Shown here: piece after piece, positions 58,178 to 64,000 of the stretch
Layout: each line of letters begins with the position of its first letter
Position numbering within the stretch: position 1 is the stretch's first letter
DNA from: Vicinamibacteria bacterium
Lineage (GTDB): Bacteria; Acidobacteriota; Vicinamibacteria; Marinacidobacterales; Marinacidobacteraceae
DNA length: 64,000 nt
Direction of reading: 5' to 3'
NCBI GenBank assembly: GCA_963422395.1
Contig: OY729431.1
Span: forward strand, 2,144,001-2,208,000
Translations under genes and position numbers: made by a program
Notes under the pieces: generated by a model
What the model saw: only the letters and a program-made list of their open reading frames with translations
Database searches by the model: none
What the model was told of the DNA's origin: nothing

Positions 58178-60453
58178 TCAGATCGGGCGGAAGAGGTCGG
58201 GGGGCGCGGCGCTCTCCTGCGACTCGACCACCGCGATGGCGACCACATTCACGATCTCCTCCACTGCGGCACCTCGCTGCAGGACATGCACTGGACGTCG
58301 GAGCCCGGTGACGATGGGGCCGATGGCCTCGGCGCCGCCGAGGCGTTGGAGCAGCTTGTAGGCCACATTGCCGGCTTCGAGGCTCGGGAAGATCAGCACA
58401 TTCGCGGCGCGGTCCAGCCGGGAGAACGGGTAGGTCCCCTGGAGCAACCCGTCCACGACGGCAGTGTCGGCCTGCATCTCGCCGTCCGCGACCAGATCGG
58501 GGGCGCGGTTCTGCAGCAGTTCGACCGCTCGGCGCACCTTGTTCGACCGTTCGTGGGGGGCGCTGCCGAAATTGGAGAACGACAGCATCGCCACCCGCGG
58601 TTCGACTCCGAACCGGCGCGCCACCTCTGCCGTCTGCATGGCGATATCGGCCAGGTCCTCGGCGCTCGGGTCGATGTTCACCGTCGCATCGGCGAAGAAC
58701 TTGATGTCGCTCTCGAACACCATCAGGTACACCCCGGCGACCCGCCGCACTTCATCGCGCATCCGCACGATCTGGAGCGCCGGCCGGATGGTCTCCGGAT
58801 AATGCTGGGTGAGGCCGGCCACCATGGTGTCGGCGTGGCCCACATTCACCATCATCGCCCCGTAAACGCTCGGGTTCTTCATCAGCTCGCGGGCCTTCGC
58901 CAGCCCACGCCGCGCCGCTCGCGAAGCTTGGCCAGGCGCCGGGCGTAGTCCTCGCTTCGGTTCGGATCCGCCAGGTCGGCGATGCGGGCGCCCTCGATCT
59001 CGACTCCGAGCGCAGCGCAGCGTTCCCGGATGACCGCGGTGCGGCCGAGCAAGATCGGCTCGGCGATCCCGTCGTCGAGCAGACGCTCGGCGGCGCGGAG
59101 GATCTTCGGCTCCTCGCCCTCGGGGAAGACGACCGAGCGGCGGTTCCGTTGAGCGCGCCCGATCACCTGGCGCATCACCTCGCGGCCGAGGCCGAGGCGC
59201 GCTTCGAGCCGACCCTGGTACTCGTCCAGGTCGATTTCGATCCGGGCGACTCCGCTCTCCATGGCCGCTTTCGCCACCGCCGGCGCTTCCCAGAGCAGCA
59301 CCCGGGAATCGAACGGCGACGGGATCAGATATTCCGGCCCGAACTGCATCCGCTCCTTCCCGTGGATTCGCATCACGGAATCGGGAACATCCTCCCGAGT
59401 GAGCGCCGCCAGCGCCCGCGCCGCCGCCAGCTTCATCTCCATGTCGATCGTCCGGGCGCGGACATCGAGCGCTCCGCGGAAGATGAAGGGAAAGCCCAGG
59501 ACATTGTTGACCTGGTTCGGGTAGTCGGACCGCCCAGTCGCCATGAAGACATCGCGGCGCGCCTCCATCGCGTCTTCCCAGGAGATCTCCGGGTCGGGGT
59601 TGGCCATCGCCATCACGAGCGGCTGCTCGTTCATGGAGACGACCATCTCCTGGGAGACCGCCCCCTTGACCGACAGCCCCATGAACACATCGGCGCCGCG
59701 CATCGCATCGTCGAGGGTGCGCATCGGGGTATCGAGCGCGTAACGCTCCTTGAACTCGTTCATCCCCGCCTCGCGCCCCGCATGGAGGACTCCGCGGGAG
59801 TCGCACATGACGATGTTCTCGTGAAGGACCCCGAGGCTCTCGGCGAGCTCGGCGCACGCGATCCCGGCAGCGCCGGCGCCGTTGATGACGACGCGGATTC
59901 GCCCGGGATCCTTGTCGGTCAGCTCCAGCCAGCTCAGGAGCGCGGCCCCCGAAATGATCGCGGTGCCGTGCTGGTCGTCGTGGAAGACGGGGATGTCCAT
60001 CTCCTCGCGGAGCTTGGATTCGATGTAGAAGCAGTCCGGCGCCTTGATGTCCTCCAGATTGATGCCGCCGAAGGTGGGTTCGAGAGCCTTCACCACCCGC
60101 ACGACCTCTTCGGGATCCGTCACATTCAGTTCGATGTCGAAGACATCGATGTCGGCGAACCGCTTGAACAGGACCCCCTTCCCCTCCATCACCGGCTTCG
60201 CCGCGAGGGGGCCGATGTTGCCGAGGCCGAGCACCGCGGTCCCGTTCGACACTACTGCCACCAGGTTTCCCCGCGCGGTGTAATCGAACACGCGCTCGGA
60301 GCGGTCGTGGATCTCCCGACAGGGTTCGGCGACCCCCGGGCTGTAGGCGAGCGCGAGGTCCCGCTGGGTCTGGGTGGGTTTCGTCGGCCGGATCTCGATC
60401 TTCCCGGGCCGGCCGGTCCGGTGGTAGTCCAGGGCGTCCTGTCTGCGAATCAA
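58178..60453 (-). CDS. maeB: NADP-dependent malic enzyme with PTA-like domain, split by a 1-nt frameshift near 58905
   Basis: 'LAYSPGVA', 'VMEGK', 'FHDDQHGT', '[13 protein letters not shown]' in 58882..60453; the C-terminal PTA part '[10 protein letters not shown]...DGEMQAD' is in the 58178 frame. Confidence 0.88.
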
Positions 60454-60876
60454 GACTTTCTCCTCACGACGAAGTCAGCGGTGATGAATGGTCCGCCGGG
60501 GCCCGGCGCAACCGGCCGGAGGCCGGATATCTCGGCGCCCGCCTGCTTCCGAGCGGCGGATCCGGACGCAGCGGACGCGAAGTCTATCCGTCAGATCCCG
60601 CGGCGCCCCGCCCTCCGCGGAAGGGGCCGCAGCCGTCTCTCCGGCAGCAAGTCTCCAACATCCACGCCCCCTGTCCTGCGCTCCCGGCACGCTGCCGTTT
60701 CAGAATGGCGCACTCCAGCACATTCGGCGCCGCCGACCGAGCCCAGGCTCGATACTCCCCCGCCGCTCGGGCACGCGGCCAAAAGTCGCGTCCCGCGGGT
60801 TGGCCGTCCCCCGCCCCCCGATTCCTCCGGACACCAGATTGGGGGAGACGGGATGCTGTTCCCCCAGAAAGCAGGT

Positions 60877-62122
60877 GCGACCCTCGCCCGCGGCCGAAAA
60901 AACACCTGTTGCGACCGAAGCTCCGCCTCGGACGCGGCGCAGCGGGGGTATGTGTGAAAGGGGGTCCACCCCCTTTCACAGAATCGTGACCCAGAAGCCG
61001 AAATCGCTGCCTCCGGCAGCAGTTCGGATTCCCGGCGCGCAGCGCCGGGCGGTTCGGGGGCGGGGCGCCCCCACTCCTCCCACGAGAGGGCAAGACGCCG
61101 GAACACCTCCCACAGCAGAGGAGAGCGAACCCCGTCCGTGGCCCGAAAAACACCTGTTGCGACCGAAGCTCCGCTTCGGGCGCGGCACATGCGGGGGTAT
61201 GTGTGAAAGGGGGTCCACCCCCTTTCACAGAATCGTGACCCAGAAGCCGAAATCGCTGCCTCCGGCAGCAGTTCGGATTCCCGGCGCGCAGCGCCGGGCG
61301 GTTCGGGGGCGGGGCGCCCCCACTCCTCCCACGAGAGGGCAAGACGCCGGAACACCTCCCACACCAGCGGAGAGCACCCCCGTCCGTGGCCCGAAAAAAC
61401 ATCTGTTGCGACCGAAGCTCCGCTTCGGGCGCGGCACAGCGGGGGTATGGGTGAAAGGGGGTCCACCCCCTTTCACAGAATCGTGACCCAGAAGCCGAAA
61501 TCGCTGCCCCCGGCAGCAGTTCGGATTCCCGGCGCGAAGCGCCGGGCGGTTCGGGGGCGGGGCGCCCCCACTCCTCCCATGAGGGCGCAAGACGCCGGGA
61601 CACCTCCCACAGCTGAGGAGAGCGAACCCCGTCCGCGGCCCGAAAAACATCTGTTGCGTCCGAAGCTCCGCTTCGGGCGCGGCACAGCGGGGGTATGGGT
61701 GAAAGGGGGTCCACCCCCTTTCACAGAATCGTGACTCGGAATCCGAAATCGCTGCCCCCGGCAGCAGTTCGGATTCCCGGCGCGAAGCGCCGGGCGGTTC
61801 GGGGGCGGGGCGTCCCCACTCCTCCCATGAGGGCGCAAGACGCCGGGACACCTCCCACAGCTGAGGAGAGCGAACCCCGTCCGCGGCCCGAAAAACATCT
61901 GTTGCGTCCGAAGCTCCGCTTCGGGCGCGGCACAGCGGGGGTATGGGTGAAAGGGGGTCCACCCCCTTTCACAGAATCGTGAGTCAGAATCCGAAATCGC
62001 TGCCTCCGGCAGCAGTTCGGATTCCCGGCGCGAAGCGCCGGGCGGTTCGGGGGCGGGGCGCCCCGCTCTCCCCACCAGAGTGCGAGACGCAGCCCGACTT
62101 CACGCCCCGCCCCCGAACCGCT
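60877..62122. repeat. Tandem array of five ~248-bp multi-hairpin units
   Basis: The core palindrome GTGAAAGGGGGTCCACCCCCTTTCAC starts at 60954, 61203, 61451, 61699 and 61947 (period 249, 248, 248, 248); terminal inverted segment 62042-62060 / 62103-62121. Confidence 0.95.
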
Positions 62123-62133
62123 CGACCTTCGAC

Positions 62134-62427
62134 CTAAGGCCAGCGGCCGCGGGTGGACTTCTTGAGCACTCTTCCCTTGCTGTTCATGATCCCGACGGTC
62201 TTTCCGTCGGTCCACCAGCGGGCGTCTTCGATGTCCCGGTCGTTCGTGCAGGCAATATAGACCGGACCGCGGAACCCGCGCAGCCTGAGGCACGCGCTCG
62301 GAAGAGTCCGTGCCGTCTCGACATTGATCGTGATCTTGTCGGTCTTGATATCGGGTCCTTTCCCCCGGTTGTACTTCCCACCGTGTTTCGCGGCGAGTGC
62401 GCGCGCTACTTCAACCTTGCTTGCCAT
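62134..62427 (-). CDS. Small basic hypothetical protein (97 aa), possible PD-(D/E)XK-like fold
   Basis: AAGGAG RBS before the ATG; MASKVEVARALAAKHGGKYNRGKGPDIKTDKITINVET...; lower GC than its neighbours. Confidence 0.65.
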   Translation of the reverse strand: MASKVEVARALAAKHGGKYNRGKGPDIKTDKITINVETARTLPSACLRLRGFRGPVYIACTNDRDIEDARWWTDGKTVGIMNSKGRVLKKSTRGRWP

Positions 62428-62514
62428 GGTTGCTCCTTCATTCCGAGAAGATGCCACCCCCGATGGGCAGAGCATAGCCGACACCGGAACGCAGCGCGAT
62501 ACCCGCGCTGCGGC

Positions 62515-63771
62515 CTATTCCGCGTCGAGCAGCTCGAGGGTCACGAGCAACAGTGCGTTGCCGCCGGCGACGATGGATGCATCAGCGGTGAACTCCCGCG
62601 GGCTGTGGCTGATTCCTCCGACCGAGGGAACGAAGATCATTCCCGCCGGACACACTCTCGATAGCATCTGGGCGTCGTGCCCGGCGCCTGACGGAATCCG
62701 CCGACAAGACTTTCCGAGAGCCGCGGCCGCCTGCTCGACGAGCGCGATCACCCGCTCGTCGAAGGCTGCCGGCCCGAGCCGGACCAGTTCGCGGCGCTCG
62801 ATGGAAACCCTCTCCCTTTCCGCAGCTTCGGCGAGACCGGAGAAGAAAGCGCGCTCGGCGTGTTCCAGCCTGGAGGAGTCCGGGTTTCTGAGGTCCACGG
62901 TGAAAACCGCCCGACCGGAAACCACATTCGTGAGTCCCGGAGACAAGGAGGCTCGACCGATAGTTGCTACCTGATCGGGAATCTCGCCGGCCAGTTTCCG
63001 TGCCAGCAGAATGGCCTCGGCGGCTACTACTCCAGCATCCCGGCGAAATCTCATCGGTGTCGTGCCGGCGTGATTCGAGACGCCCCCGAGGCTGATCTCC
63101 TCCCAGAGCATTCCCTGGACTCCGGTCACCGCCCCGAAATCGAAGCGTTCCGCCTCGAGCACCGGACCCTGTTCGATATGCAGCTCACAATAGGCCGCCG
63201 GAACCGAGCCCGGCAACGGCGCGTCACCGAGATATCCGATCCGTTCGAGCTCCGCTGCCAAGGTAGCCCCGGACGGCCCTTCGGGACTGGGAAGCGCCCG
63301 GACGCGGGCGGCATCGAGGCCGCCGATATAGGCGAGACTCCCCATCATGTCGGGGGGATACCGTGAGCCCTCTTCGTTGGAAAAGAACGCAACCTCGAGC
63401 GGGCGCCGAGTCTGGACCCCCTCGTCGTTCAGGGTGCGGACGACCTCGAGCGCCGCGAGCACTCCCAGATTTCCATCGTAGCGTCCGCCATTCCCTACGG
63501 TGTCTATGTGCGAGCCGCACATCACCGCAGCCGCTTCCGGACCACCGTTTCCTTCGCGCCGGCCGATCACATTCCCGATCCCGTCCACTCGAATCCGGAG
63601 CCCGGCTTCCTCCATCCAGGAGCGGACCAGGTCGCGGCCCCTGCCGTCTTCAACGGTGAAGGCGAGACGCTCCGCGCCTCCTTCGGGGGTGGCACCGATT
63701 TCGGCGAGCCGGGCGAGGGAATCGAGCAGCCGGGTGCCGTCGATCCGGAATCCACGGTCGCCGACCGCCAC
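62515..63771 (-). CDS. Zn-dependent N-carbamoyl-L-amino acid / allantoate amidohydrolase (M20 family)
   Basis: 'GSHIDTV..GGRYDG.LGV', 'NEEGSR', 'ELHIEQGPVLE', 'NHAGTTPM', 'SGAGHDAQ', 'GISHSP.E'. Confidence 0.9.
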   Translation of the reverse strand: MAVGDRGFRIDGTRLLDSLARLAEIGATPEGGAERLAFTVEDGRGRDLVRSWMEEAGLRIRVDGIGNVIGRREGNGGPEAAAVMCGSHIDTVGNGGRYDGNLGVLAALEVVRTLNDEGVQTRRPLEVAFFSNEEGSRYPPDMMGSLAYIGGLDAARVRALPSPEGPSGATLAAELERIGYLGDAPLPGSVPAAYCELHIEQGPVLEAERFDFGAVTGVQGMLWEEISLGGVSNHAGTTPMRFRRDAGVVAAEAILLARKLAGEIPDQVATIGRASLSPGLTNVVSGRAVFTVDLRNPDSSRLEHAERAFFSGLAEAAERERVSIERRELVRLGPAAFDERVIALVEQAAAALGKSCRRIPSGAGHDAQMLSRVCPAGMIFVPSVGGISHSPREFTADASIVAGGNALLLVTLELLDAE

Positions 63772-63790
63772 TCTCGTCTTCGCTTCGGGG

Positions 63791-64000
63791 TTACTGCGAA
63801 ACGGCCCCGGCGGCGGTGAGTCGGGCCAGAATGTCGTCGAGCTGTTCCCGCAGCTCCGAAAAGCGCTCGACTGCATCACGGCCGGGCGGCTGGTCGGCGG
63901 TATCGAGATTCGAAGCCAGATAGCGGATCTGATCCACCAGCATCGGCTGCGAGTAACGCACCGGCCGGGCGACCAGCTCCTCGTGGATCGCTTCGAGTTC
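63791..64000 (-). CDS. C-terminal fragment of a gene entering from the window edge (possibly a BNR/VPS10-type glycosyl hydrolase tail)
   Basis: Manual translation ELEAIHEELVARPVRYSQPMLVDQIRYLASNLDTADQPPGRDAVERFSELREQL...SQ*. Confidence 0.5.
   Translation of the reverse strand, partial: ELEAIHEELVARPVRYSQPMLVDQIRYLASNLDTADQPPGRDAVERFSELREQLDDILARLTAAGAVSQ

Noticed and set aside
60877-62122. CRISPR array
   Set aside because: The segments between the palindromes are near-identical, about 220 bp long and not unique spacers; no cas genes are present in the window.
60488-62293. Repetitive ORFs across the array (e.g. 60488..61486, 60584..61714)
   Set aside because: They are translations of a 248-bp non-triplet repeat in shifting frames, with no protein-like composition.

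Overview
GC-rich (about 70%) bacterial chromosome segment; gene style suggests Acidobacteriota or a similar environmental or symbiont lineage (inference). Housekeeping and metabolic genes lie on both flanks: amino-acid transporters, hydantoin/carbamoyl-amino-acid hydrolases, a sulfatase, a membrane pyrophosphatase, a partial nuo operon and malic enzyme. They surround a defence island of about 22 kb (about 22.0-44.4 kb). The island holds a DUF499/DUF1156/SNF2 restriction-like system whose DUF1156 adenine methyltransferase is present as two outward-facing inverted copies. The copies share four near-identical blocks separated by three divergent, specificity-like segments, and they flank two tandem tyrosine recombinases plus a Phd-VapC pair. 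One copy lacks its C-terminus and the other is frameshifted near its start, so a single inversion would rebuild a full-length gene. This is a candidate recombinase-driven ON/OFF and specificity shufflon, and is the top finding. Downstream, an AAA+/S8 protease pair (IetAS-like, with an in-frame IS5 insertion) and a HigBA-like pair are bracketed by duplicated fragments of the island's own genes. Near 61-62 kb there is a tandem array of five ~248-bp multi-hairpin units, with dispersed copies elsewhere that show compensatory base changes, next to a small PD-(D/E)XK-like ORF.
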